Source: a virus. From it: 64,000 bases of DNA. The position numbers were made by a program, and so were the translations under genes. Numbering within the stretch: the stretch's first letter is position 1; each line of letters opens with the position of its first letter. The stretch is from IMG/VR virus record IMGVR_UViG_3300042924_005659; one strand, written 5' to 3'. The notes under the pieces are model-generated. The model saw only the letters and a program-made list of their open reading frames with translations. It searched no databases and was not told the origin of the DNA. This document shows positions 9,200-18,375 of the stretch, piece after piece.

Positions 9200-10098
9200 A
9201 GGTTCTTTCCTTGAATGGTGATGCTTACACTAGCAGGCAGTTGAACTTCAGTGTTAGGTTGAGTACCTCTAGGGCACGAATCATACCCAACCCAGCATTT
9301 GGAGCAATCCGTTGTAAGAAATCTTATGCAATTTTTCTTACGGTCTTGCATCAGCTTAAGGTTGAACTTCTTCTGTTTTGGCGTAGCTCGCAGCAACCCA
9401 ACTGAATTATCTTTTATGTTGAGCCTTGCGGTAGTGTGCCCAACGTGAGGCTCAAACTGCAACAACGGAATGGAGTCTGGATATACCAACATTTGCATCT
9501 GAACTGCTTGCCGGGGATCTGCCAGCTTTATGCGCTGCTTGTCCACCTTGTAGCAGGCTCCCACGGCATAAGACATGCGACTGAAGGACTTAGGTACCTT
9601 CATGTACATATCAAATCCAGCGGCAGGTCCGTCCAAGACTTTCAGGCGGTAGCAGCCTAGGACGTTAGTAGGGTCTTCCAGATGCTCGGCTATGGCGCAG
9701 CTCATCCAGCCCAGCTCTTCAGGCTTGCCGGAGTAGAGCAGTACCGTCCGCTCCTTTGCCAGCTTTCTATTGCCGGCCACCTGCCAACAGATAAGGTCCT
9801 GGATTCTCTTGGTTATAAGGCAGTTGAGAAAGGGCTGTAGCAGACCTCGGCCTATCTCAGGTTCGCAGCCTGTTACCTCTCTCATTGCCCGTATCAGAGC
9901 TGCCAGGTTCTCCTGGCTCAAAGGCTTACCTATCAGCTGCAGCTTTTTTCTAGCTATAATGTTCTGCATGGCCGTCAAGACCTCGATGCACTGGTCTGGA
10001 CGGTTATAGACAGGCTTTTTTGGAGGCTTGAAACTGCCCTCCATATCGGCCAACTTGTAGTCCTTGCTGACCGGCATGAAAGTCTTGTTGTACATCAA
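9169..10098 (-). CDS. hypothetical protein (309 aa) with C-terminal Cys cluster
   Basis: C-x6-C-x2-C-x6-C near the C-terminus (CIRFLTTDCSKCWVGYDSC). Confidence 0.75.
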   Translation of the reverse strand: MMYNKTFMPVSKDYKLADMEGSFKPPKKPVYNRPDQCIEVLTAMQNIIARKKLQLIGKPLSQENLAALIRAMREVTGCEPEIGRGLLQPFLNCLITKRIQDLICWQVAGNRKLAKERTVLLYSGKPEELGWMSCAIAEHLEDPTNVLGCYRLKVLDGPAAGFDMYMKVPKSFSRMSYAVGACYKVDKQRIKLADPRQAVQMQMLVYPDSIPLLQFEPHVGHTTARLNIKDNSVGLLRATPKQKKFNLKLMQDRKKNCIRFLTTDCSKCWVGYDSCPRGTQPNTEVQLPASVSITIQGKNLCPKTISEEA

Positions 10099-10424
10099 GG
10101 CTCCAATACGCCTAGGATCTCCCCTATGCGCATGATCAGATATCCCTCAGGCATGGGAATTTCCGAGCCTGCAAATGCGCTAAACAGAACCTCGTCTCCT
10201 ACCTTGATGTCTGGAATAGGCAACTTGTTGGCCTTTAGATTGCTGCAGTTGCCTACCTTGATCACGGTGCCTCGCTTGGACTGATAGTCCTTGCGATCTT
10301 CCGGAACGATAATTCCAGCCGTTGTGGTTTCAGGGGCCTTCCACTTTCGGATGACCACCATGTCCTGCAGGGGCTGAAAGTTGTTTAGCATTTCCTGCTC
10401 TTCAAGTCGTGGGACTATTGCCAT
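10095..10424 (-). CDS. groES: co-chaperonin GroES
   Basis: QPLQDMVVI, mobile loop ETTTAGIIVP, GTVIKVG, VGDEVLF, YLIMRIGEILG. Confidence 0.92.
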   Translation of the reverse strand: MAIVPRLEEQEMLNNFQPLQDMVVIRKWKAPETTTAGIIVPEDRKDYQSKRGTVIKVGNCSNLKANKLPIPDIKVGDEVLFSAFAGSEIPMPEGYLIMRIGEILGVLEP

Positions 10425-10436
10425 CGGTTTGTTCCT

Positions 10437-11384
10437 TTACGCTGGTTTTGCGTTTTCTGTCTTTACTTCTTTAAGTGTTTTAAAGCCGTTTTTCTCTCGG
10501 ATCTTTGCAACCAGCTGCTTGGTGAAGTCAGACTGCACTCTGGAGACCACACCGTCCGGACCAAAGATACGGTCCTTCTCGCTGTCTGTCATGGACTCCT
10601 TGAGTATCTCCACGATTTCGACAACTTCCTTTATGGCTTCGTCGGTGCGCTTGGCTTTAAAAACTTCCCAGCTGATCATTCCAACTCCAACCAGGAATCC
10701 CGCAATCAGCAGCACTGCACCCACCTGGGCTATTTGCTCCATGTAGTACTGCGATGCCGAGGCAAACCCGACCATCAGCAGACCAAGTAGAACAATGGAT
10801 GCACCGTACGCCTTATTGAGAAAGAAGGCTACGGCAGCCCCTATTGCAAGTAATGAAAATCCGATTACCCAGAACATCGTTATATACCCGTAGAGTTTTT
10901 CCAACGCTTTGCCGCGACTAGTCTCGACGGCACTATTGAGCTTAATCAGTTGATCTTCCAGCTGATCGACCTGCTCTACTAAAGTTTCTAGCTTTTGCGT
11001 TTCTTTGTCAAGATCCGCAGCAGCCTCTAGTATGTTGTCTGCCTTGCTGTCTATCTCGTGCAAAGAGTTTATCGCGGAGTCTACGGCAGGCTTGTGTTCC
11101 GGTTCCACGACAGGGTAAACAGTATCCAACGCCTGTACTGCTGTAGCGGACTCTGCGATGATTATCTTGGAGTCCCGCTCAATGTCCTGCACGTTGTCCT
11201 TGGTATTGTCCAATAGAGACTGCAGGCCAGTCGAACTAGACGCAGGCTTGATAGGATCCTTGGGGATCTTAGGTGCGCTTTCACAGCTGCATAGTACAAA
11301 TAGCAGAGTCAGCGCCACCCATTTAACGATGCGATTAATGTTGCCCATAGCAACACTATACCTATGGCTTTGAGAAGTTGCCAT
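10437..11384 (-). CDS. lipoprotein with coiled coil and C-terminal TM helices (start 11384 or 11348)
   Basis: Signal VKWVALTLLFVLCSC, heptad-rich middle, about three hydrophobic segments, charged tail. Confidence 0.7.
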   Translation of the reverse strand: MATSQSHRYSVAMGNINRIVKWVALTLLFVLCSCESAPKIPKDPIKPASSSTGLQSLLDNTKDNVQDIERDSKIIIAESATAVQALDTVYPVVEPEHKPAVDSAINSLHEIDSKADNILEAAADLDKETQKLETLVEQVDQLEDQLIKLNSAVETSRGKALEKLYGYITMFWVIGFSLLAIGAAVAFFLNKAYGASIVLLGLLMVGFASASQYYMEQIAQVGAVLLIAGFLVGVGMISWEVFKAKRTDEAIKEVVEIVEILKESMTDSEKDRIFGPDGVVSRVQSDFTKQLVAKIREKNGFKTLKEVKTENAKPA

Positions 11385-11406
11385 TTGGGTTTTTGCATTA
11401 GAATTA

Positions 11407-11844
11407 TTACCTATGCAGCTGCATGCTGAAAACCTCGGCTTTAACAACTACGGACTCTCCATGTCTATCTTCGGCGCATTCGGCATTGGCTAGGCCGTCT
11501 TCTAGACTTTCTACCAGCTCTTCGGCATCATCGCCATTTTTAAAGACCTGCTCTACGCACCAGTCTTCTAGGACGCCAGTCCTATGATTGTTGTATCTAA
11601 CAACTACTAGGTGTAGAGTTTCTCCAACCTCGGCCTCAAACTCAAGCTCCAGTTCCACAGAGTCTCCTCGCGGTTCCTTAGCCGTAAGCCGTATAGGATT
11701 AAATTCTATGAAGCAGCGTTCTTCGCTATCTTCGTAGTCAAAATCGTCGGAGTCTTCGTCTCTCTCGTCGTCTGAGTCGTCGTCGTAATCCGGGTCGTCG
11801 TTTCTACTTTCAGAGTATTGCAAATAAACAGTGGTGTAAGGCAT
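11407..11844 (-). CDS. highly acidic protein (145 aa)
   Basis: 19 D/E in a 27-residue tract; taaggag SD. Confidence 0.8.
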   Translation of the reverse strand: MPYTTVYLQYSESRNDDPDYDDDSDDERDEDSDDFDYEDSEERCFIEFNPIRLTAKEPRGDSVELELEFEAEVGETLHLVVVRYNNHRTGVLEDWCVEQVFKNGDDAEELVESLEDGLANAECAEDRHGESVVVKAEVFSMQLHR

Positions 11845-11868
11845 ATTAGCTCCTTACACCACTGTTTA
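11825..11868 (-). promoter_or_regulatory. perfect 17-bp inverted repeat enclosing SD and start codon of 11407-11844
   Basis: taaacagtggtgtaagg (11825-11841) and ccttacaccactgttta (11852-11868); ATG in the 10-nt loop. Confidence 0.8.
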
Positions 11869-11893
11869 CCGCATTTATGAATTTAGTGCAACT

Positions 11894-12259
11894 TTACTTC
11901 TTAGACTTTACCCCGGTCTCTGGCACGAATTGCATTGTTTCGGTAATGCTGGAATCCGACACGCCTCTGACGTACGTCATCGCATAGGTGGCCACTGCGT
12001 ACAGGTATCCACCAGAGACAGGCATGCGACGAGTGACACGCTGGAACTTGTTAGCGATCGTCTCGCCAAGTCGATTGTCCGCCCAGCGCTCTTCGCTAAC
12101 AGTTTCCCAAACAGATTCTGCTTGCGGCTGCGCCTGAGTTACAGCGTCTGTGATCTGCGACTCAAATGCTGCTTTTTCTGTGGGGCTCATAACTCCGACA
12201 TTTGCCTTGAGCGGAGTATTTGCGATATTTCCGGTAGACACTGCTTCAAACTTACTCAT
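11894..12259 (-). CDS. hypothetical protein (121 aa)
   Basis: aaggaaagca SD; follows RNR. Confidence 0.75.
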   Translation of the reverse strand: MSKFEAVSTGNIANTPLKANVGVMSPTEKAAFESQITDAVTQAQPQAESVWETVSEERWADNRLGETIANKFQRVTRRMPVSGGYLYAVATYAMTYVRGVSDSSITETMQFVPETGVKSKK

Positions 12260-12274
12260 TGCTTTCCTTTCAAA

Positions 12275-14776
12275 TTAACCACACTTGCTGCTGCCGCAGG
12301 ACTTACAGGTAACGCACCCTTCCTGTCGCACCAGACTTTCCGACTGACACGAGCTGCATGTCTCTCCCTTGACTTCAGTTCCGTCGGGAATGAACTTCTT
12401 CAAGGTGCGGGCAACGGTCTTGGAGAAAGAGAACATGTCTCCAGTGACCTTTTCCAGCTGATGGACAATGTAGTGAATCTCTACTCCGTGGCGTAGTGCG
12501 GTAGAGATAAGTCTCGTAATTGCGCCTTCTTCGCTGGACACCAAATTACCAAGCCTGTTAAGAGTGAGGATCTCACCTTCGTTCTTATTGTCGATGAACT
12601 CACCCTTATAGTGGCCTCTGGCCATCTTCGTCAAAGTACCGCCCTTAAATCGCTTGGGGATAATGGAGTCTCCGTCTTCGTTGTGATTGACTCCAGCGAA
12701 GATCTCATAAGGAGCTCCATTCCTAGTGCTTACCAGGACGAAGTAAGGCACGCCTCCCACGGTGTGGTGGTGCACCTCGCAAGGCAAGATCTCGGGACGC
12801 TTGTAGCTCACGTCCTTCTTCTTTTCCTCCTTGGCCACCAGAACTCCGGTACGGCATCCGTCTCTGTAGATCGTCATGCCCTTGCAGCCAGACTTCCAAG
12901 CCTTGAGGTAAATCTGGTTTACCGTATCCACGGTAGTATCGGCAGGTAGATTTACCGTACTGCTGATGGCGTGGTCAATGTGTCGCTGCGCAGTAGCCTG
13001 CAGCTCCACTCGGGCCTCCCAGTTCAACTCAGGTGCAGTAGAGCCAGCCCAGGGACTCTTGTCCAGGTCGGACTCTCCGGTGATCTGCATCCACTCAGAG
13101 ACCTTGGGTGGATATACCGTAAATTCCATCCAGTGGTCTCCATTCTGATCCACAAAATCAGATCGGAAGTTCTTGTCGCCAGGATTGCCCTTCTTGCGTC
13201 GGGTGTACGGCTTGATCATGAACTGCGGCTCAATGCCCGAACTGGTCTGCGTAAGGATCGACACCGAGCCGCACGGAGCAGTGGTAAGCAGTGCGATATT
13301 GCGTCGGCCGTACTTCTGCATGTCGGCATAGAGCTTCGGATCCTCCTGTGAGATTCGCAGCAGGAAGGGATTCTCCAGCTCTCTTTCTGCGCTGTAGATT
13401 GGGAAGGCTCCTAGCTCCTTAGCCATGTCTACAGAGGACCGATAGCAGGAAAGCTTGAACTCCCGATAGATGCTATCGATCATGGAGATGCCTTCCTTGG
13501 AGCCGTAGCCGATGCCCAAGGCTGCCAAGGTGTCGCCAATAGCTGTCTGTCCGGAGCCGGTGCGTCGGCCGTTTCTAGCGGCATTACGAACCTTGATCCA
13601 AAGTGCGGTCTCCCGGGTCTTCAGCTCAGCGTCCTCAGGGTCGTTGGCGATCTTGTTGAGAATGCGATCAATGCACTCCAACTCCAGATCCACCATGTCG
13701 TCCATAAGTCTCTGGCACATGTATGCGTCCTGCCGGAAGGAATCAAAGTCAAACTTTGCTTCCTTGGTAAACGGCTTGGACACATATGAGTAGGCGTTTA
13801 CCAACATGAGTCGGCAGGAGTCGTATGCCGACAAAGGAATCTCCGAGCACGGATTGGTGCATACAGTCTTAAATCCCTGGTCTGCATAGCAGTCAGGAAT
13901 GCTTTCCCGGAGGATGTTGTCCCACATCAGCATGCCTGGTTCGGCCGTTGCGTGAGCAGCCTCGATGAGCATGTTCCAGATGTCTCGAGCCCGTACCTTG
14001 TCTTCCACCTTGGCCTTACCTGCGTCTGGCCAGTACTGAGTGTACTCCTGGTCCTGCTCAACGGCATTCAAGAAGGAGTCCGTGAGGCGCACCGAAATGT
14101 TGGCTCCGGTTACCTTTGTGAGATCTCTCTTGCACTTTATGAACTTTTCAACGTCGGGATGGTGAATGGACTGCGTGAGCATCAGAGCTCCACGACGACC
14201 GTTTTGACCAACCTCGCGAATCGAGTTGGAGAAGCGCTCTGCAAACGGAATTGTACCGGTGCTGGTTCTTGCAGCATTCTTGGTCAAGGAACCTTCGGGA
14301 CGCAGAGTGCCCAAGTCGATTCCACAGCCTCCTCTACGCTTGCTGATCTGCACCAGCTCCTCGTCTGCACGGCAAATTCCGGCATACGAGTCTTCCGGGC
14401 TTTGAAGCACATAGCAGTTGCTGAGACTGATGACCTGATAGGGGTTGCCAATGCCGTACATTGGGCTGCCTTGAGGAACGATTCTTGCGAACTTGTGCAA
14501 GGCATCGAAGATCTGGTCTTCGGTGTAGGGCTTCGCAAACTTGCCTGCTTCTATTCTGGCAAACTCTTTGGCAATTCTGCGATGCATGTGCTCCGGAGTC
14601 GCCTCCAGGAGATTCTGCTGTCCATCTCGAAGAGCATACTTGTCGATGAAGACTCTAGCGGCAAGGTCATCGCCTCCAAAGTATTCCGTAGAAGCTTCTA
14701 AGGCCTGCTCGTAAGTGTAGTGCTTTTGAGTTGCGGGCTTGTTGGTGTTAACTGGGGAAATAGTCTGTGGGCTCAA
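12275..14776 (-). CDS. nrdJ: class II (B12-dependent) ribonucleotide reductase with C-terminal TSCPD-like and Zn-ribbon domains
   Basis: PQGSP, SNCY, RRGALM, TNPCSEI, TAPCGS, HAISSTVNL, GCKGMTIYRDG, terminal CxxC...CxxC; no beta subunit nearby. Confidence 0.93.
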   Translation of the reverse strand: MSPQTISPVNTNKPATQKHYTYEQALEASTEYFGGDDLAARVFIDKYALRDGQQNLLEATPEHMHRRIAKEFARIEAGKFAKPYTEDQIFDALHKFARIVPQGSPMYGIGNPYQVISLSNCYVLQSPEDSYAGICRADEELVQISKRRGGCGIDLGTLRPEGSLTKNAARTSTGTIPFAERFSNSIREVGQNGRRGALMLTQSIHHPDVEKFIKCKRDLTKVTGANISVRLTDSFLNAVEQDQEYTQYWPDAGKAKVEDKVRARDIWNMLIEAAHATAEPGMLMWDNILRESIPDCYADQGFKTVCTNPCSEIPLSAYDSCRLMLVNAYSYVSKPFTKEAKFDFDSFRQDAYMCQRLMDDMVDLELECIDRILNKIANDPEDAELKTRETALWIKVRNAARNGRRTGSGQTAIGDTLAALGIGYGSKEGISMIDSIYREFKLSCYRSSVDMAKELGAFPIYSAERELENPFLLRISQEDPKLYADMQKYGRRNIALLTTAPCGSVSILTQTSSGIEPQFMIKPYTRRKKGNPGDKNFRSDFVDQNGDHWMEFTVYPPKVSEWMQITGESDLDKSPWAGSTAPELNWEARVELQATAQRHIDHAISSTVNLPADTTVDTVNQIYLKAWKSGCKGMTIYRDGCRTGVLVAKEEKKKDVSYKRPEILPCEVHHHTVGGVPYFVLVSTRNGAPYEIFAGVNHNEDGDSIIPKRFKGGTLTKMARGHYKGEFIDNKNEGEILTLNRLGNLVSSEEGAITRLISTALRHGVEIHYIVHQLEKVTGDMFSFSKTVARTLKKFIPDGTEVKGETCSSCQSESLVRQEGCVTCKSCGSSKCG

Positions 14777-14777
14777 C

Positions 14778-15743
14778 TTACTTTACTCCTGTTCCAAAAA
14801 ACAGAACTTTCTTTTTACTTCTTACCGCCGTTCTAAACTCCTCCACAGTATGTTGCAAAATACTGCTGGAGAAGCCTTCTGGGGTAAGCCCCAGTAAGTA
14901 GATCGGACTAGCATCATATAGCTCGACAGATATGTTGTCGAGCCCTTCTACGCTGTGGATGCTGACTCTTTTATGAGGTTCGTGTTTTCGCAGATATTTT
15001 TGAAATTTAACTAACTGGCTGTTCATTTCTTTTTCTTTGCCATCAGAAGAAATTAGTGCAATCCTAACAGATACGTATGGCACTTTATCTAGTATCGATG
15101 CACCTAAAGTCTTGCACCCAATGTAGTTAAATTTCTTCAATCGCCGGATTATCTTTTGCAACAATGCGTCGTCGATAACCGGAGTGTAGCCGTAGCGTTT
15201 TGCTGTAAAAGGAATGTCTATCTCTACAATCTTTGCGTGTAGAGTTTTAAGATCTCTTCCTTCCAGGTTTTGTTTAAATTCTTGATATGTTTTGTTTGCA
15301 AGTCGCATTCTGCAGTTTGGACAAAACATGCTGCGACAAGGCCAGGTTGTTTTGCAGGTCCCCAATGCTGGACACTTATACATTCGACTGGTTTCTGCTG
15401 TTTCTGCGCTTGCTAGTTTGCCAAAACACTTTCTTGTTCCTCGCTTAAAAACCTTGGTCAAAGCGAGCCTACGAACAATTGCACGTATCTCATAGTTTGG
15501 CAAAGTGCTGCTGATATGATTTTTCCAATTTCTAGCCAGGTGGTCCATGGATTTTGTTTCGTAGTACAGCTTCAGGGATTCCCCGAGCCCGTAACCAATA
15601 TCCATCCCACCCAGCTTTATCAGAGTGTCTATCTGAGCGTCCATCAGCTTGACCAGGTATGGAGCCATTCGATAAGGCGTGTAGTTTAAGTCGATAACAT
15701 CCCGGAACGCTTTTGCGTCCTGGGCGGACATTGTGTTTTGCAT
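14778..15743 (-). CDS. Zn-knuckle protein, possibly degenerate HUH/Rep_1-like
   Basis: CPALGTCKTTWPCRSMFCPNCR resembles the Rep_1/IS91 Zn motif; HUH motif not intact. Confidence 0.45.
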   Translation of the reverse strand: MQNTMSAQDAKAFRDVIDLNYTPYRMAPYLVKLMDAQIDTLIKLGGMDIGYGLGESLKLYYETKSMDHLARNWKNHISSTLPNYEIRAIVRRLALTKVFKRGTRKCFGKLASAETAETSRMYKCPALGTCKTTWPCRSMFCPNCRMRLANKTYQEFKQNLEGRDLKTLHAKIVEIDIPFTAKRYGYTPVIDDALLQKIIRRLKKFNYIGCKTLGASILDKVPYVSVRIALISSDGKEKEMNSQLVKFQKYLRKHEPHKRVSIHSVEGLDNISVELYDASPIYLLGLTPEGFSSSILQHTVEEFRTAVRSKKKVLFFGTGVK

Positions 15744-15754
15744 GGGGGCTTATC

Positions 15755-18298
15755 CTAGCCAGGTAGGTGTATAGTTACAACCTGTCCGACTGATAAATTG
15801 TAGTTTAGTATGATCGACCTAGGCGTACCGTAGGTTACTTCTCTCACGCCGCTGGTCCTTGCCATCTTGACCAGGCGAAGATTATCCAAGTATACCTGAC
15901 AGTCAGGATTAGTGGAGAAGTCTGATGGCACTACAACTAGTTTATTATCCGATGCTGATTCGTACGTCAGCACTCCGGTAGCGCTGCTGAATATAAGCGC
16001 CTTGTCGTAGATGGATAGGATTATGGCCGAGCCTGAGCTCCAGCCAACCGGCAAACTCTGCACAAGAAAGCTTAGCTCCTTGCGTGGTTTTACCATCGTG
16101 TCTACGTAATTTTTTGTAGCCACATCAGAGGACTGGACAGGATCCGCCACCGCAATAACTCGATTGTTGTGGGCACTAAGTCCATTTGTTCCTGCTGACA
16201 GCTTGGCAGCGCCGTTGACTATCAGGCTTACGCTTTGTACCTGAGTTTGGCCAACTCCGGTCTGAGACTCTCCTGCAAAGGCGTATGTTGGAACGCCGGT
16301 GCTCAGCACGGAGGAGTAGTTGCTTATGGTGTTAGACAGGCGAATGTACGGGGCGTTGAACGAATCCGTGGCGCCCACCAGCGCATCAGTAGATGCATTT
16401 GCCTCAAGCAGTCGTTTACCGCTGGCCGAGAATCCCACCTTTACGGAGCTTTCCGTCGAGGCGTACATTCCCGTACCGGATTTGCCTATCAGGGGATTTG
16501 CTGGAGCGGAATCAGAACTAATGTTCAAGCCCTTGCTGAGCTGAACAGTTCCGTCCGCCTTAAGGACATTTGTTGTTAGTGAGTTTATGTCCACCCATTG
16601 AGTGCGTCCATTGACGCTCTGCAGGACGCCATTGTTCAAAGAGTTGCTGGGCAACTCGAACACTACATTATTTACTGTACTTGGCGCCTTTATGATGGCA
16701 GCGCCGCCACTGGATGAGTTCATCCTAAACGATGCAGGGGCAGAGGAGCTTCCTATTTCCAAAGTGCCGTTTAAGTACTTTGCATCGCTCTGTACGTATT
16801 TTGAAGTCGAACCAGAGGAGACTATCGGCAACGATCCAGGAGTAGTGCCTACAGGTATTCTGGCATCTACGTATTCTTTATTGGCGGCATCAGCAGGTTC
16901 AACTGGGGCGCCCACGTTTGATACCTGGCTGCCTTTGACGTTTACCTTGGCCTCTGAGAACTCTATGACAGCCTGGCCCTTTACGGCAACTGCCAGTGCA
17001 TCCGTATTGGACCTAAACACTCCTAGTCCTTCCGATCCAGAGAAGGCATATGTTGGCTTAGCAGGATTGTTGATTCCTACAGAGTCAGTGAGGACGACTT
17101 TTGCTGTGCCTGTGGCCAATGCATTTGCAGAAGCAAGACCTTCCGACGAGATCTGAGCAATTGCTGTATTTTGAACTATGATCTTTAGGCTTGAGTTGTC
17201 GGAAGTAAGACCCGCAGTTCCGATGTTAAGTGCTGGCTTTTGTTCAGTTCCTGCATCGACAGACAGAGTGGATGCCGGCTGAAGGACAAAGTCTTTTGAC
17301 TCTTCCGTATTTACAGAAGCAGTCAACGACTGACTGCTTATGTATTTTCTTCCACTTGCCGTATTTACTACAAGTCCTTCAATGCCTGAGTCGTACCATA
17401 GCCCACCTATTGGATTGCTCAGAGGGTCTATGTTGCTAGAGCTAGCTAGAGCCAACGCTCCCGCCATTTGAACGTACGGCTTTACAGAGTTGCCCGATAC
17501 ATCCTGCGGCTTAACTAGCTGCATGACGGGCTGTCCAGCTATGTCAAAGTAGAGCCTAGCGCTGTTATCTGTCCAGGCGGAGGTATATCCCAGACCTGCT
17601 GATGCTGCAAAATCAATGTTGTAGACTGGATATACTACTTCTTGGAAGCCTAGTGGCTTTTTTGTAGCAAACGCGTACTGGCTTCCATCGAAAGTTACAG
17701 GCTGAAAAGGAGTTTGGAACTCCAAGTTTCCAGATGCATTGGCCTGCAGTATTTGGTTTACTGTCGGTGCATTTGTAGGCAGCTGATATGTAGCCACCTG
17801 CAGAGCATTAACCTGGAAGTAGCCTGTAGATACGGTAAGAGATGCGTTGTTGGCCGTTACTTGAAACTGTTTGACGGTATGCAGTTCCTGCATATCGCCA
17901 ATGCCGCTAAGTTGTTTAAAAACAACTTTGTCTTGTACCGTTCCTCCTGGCAGCGTGGCAGCTATGACGTACTCATTTGCCGCCTGTGAAGATGCCAGCA
18001 AACCTATGGTCAGATTGCTATCCAGCCGCAGTTGCTGGGGGCCTGAGGCTAGGAACGCAGAAAATACTGACTGTACGCTTATTAGCGTGTTTAAAGATTC
18101 GTAGCCCAGCGTAAAGCCGGGCTTGATCGTCAGTACGTCGTTAACTGCTCCTAACGCAGGATCAGGTATAGGGCTAGAAACCTGGCCTAACGTAAAATCA
18201 AAGTTGGAATTTAAAGCATCAACTAATAGATTGTAGTTATCTATTAGCTGTTTTTCCGAAATGATCTTGTACAAACCAAGGTCTATTAGCGAAGCCAT
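15755..18298 (-). CDS. tail fibre / receptor-binding-like protein (847 aa)
   Basis: Repeats APVEPADAANKEYVD and DPVQSSDVATKNYVD; PTYAF-x-G repeats; G/S/A/T-rich. Confidence 0.75.
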   Translation of the reverse strand: MASLIDLGLYKIISEKQLIDNYNLLVDALNSNFDFTLGQVSSPIPDPALGAVNDVLTIKPGFTLGYESLNTLISVQSVFSAFLASGPQQLRLDSNLTIGLLASSQAANEYVIAATLPGGTVQDKVVFKQLSGIGDMQELHTVKQFQVTANNASLTVSTGYFQVNALQVATYQLPTNAPTVNQILQANASGNLEFQTPFQPVTFDGSQYAFATKKPLGFQEVVYPVYNIDFAASAGLGYTSAWTDNSARLYFDIAGQPVMQLVKPQDVSGNSVKPYVQMAGALALASSSNIDPLSNPIGGLWYDSGIEGLVVNTASGRKYISSQSLTASVNTEESKDFVLQPASTLSVDAGTEQKPALNIGTAGLTSDNSSLKIIVQNTAIAQISSEGLASANALATGTAKVVLTDSVGINNPAKPTYAFSGSEGLGVFRSNTDALAVAVKGQAVIEFSEAKVNVKGSQVSNVGAPVEPADAANKEYVDARIPVGTTPGSLPIVSSGSTSKYVQSDAKYLNGTLEIGSSSAPASFRMNSSSGGAAIIKAPSTVNNVVFELPSNSLNNGVLQSVNGRTQWVDINSLTTNVLKADGTVQLSKGLNISSDSAPANPLIGKSGTGMYASTESSVKVGFSASGKRLLEANASTDALVGATDSFNAPYIRLSNTISNYSSVLSTGVPTYAFAGESQTGVGQTQVQSVSLIVNGAAKLSAGTNGLSAHNNRVIAVADPVQSSDVATKNYVDTMVKPRKELSFLVQSLPVGWSSGSAIILSIYDKALIFSSATGVLTYESASDNKLVVVPSDFSTNPDCQVYLDNLRLVKMARTSGVREVTYGTPRSIILNYNLSVGQVVTIHLPG

Positions 18299-18325
18299 GG
18301 GGCTATTTTACCTGATTTAGAGTAA

Positions 18326-18359
18326 AAGGGTAGGGCTGTCTTTCAACAACCCTACCCTT
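18326..18359 (-). terminator. intrinsic terminator
   Basis: Minus-strand stem aagggtagggttgt/acagccctaccctt then TT. Confidence 0.7.
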
Positions 18360-18375
18360 AAAGTAAATGCCGTAA

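Noticed and set aside
6418-11879. CATAAATG in two intergenic gaps (6418, 11872) as a T4-like late promoter
   Set aside because: Also occurs inside a CDS (about 57469); an 8-mer at this frequency is near chance. Needs genome-wide motif analysis
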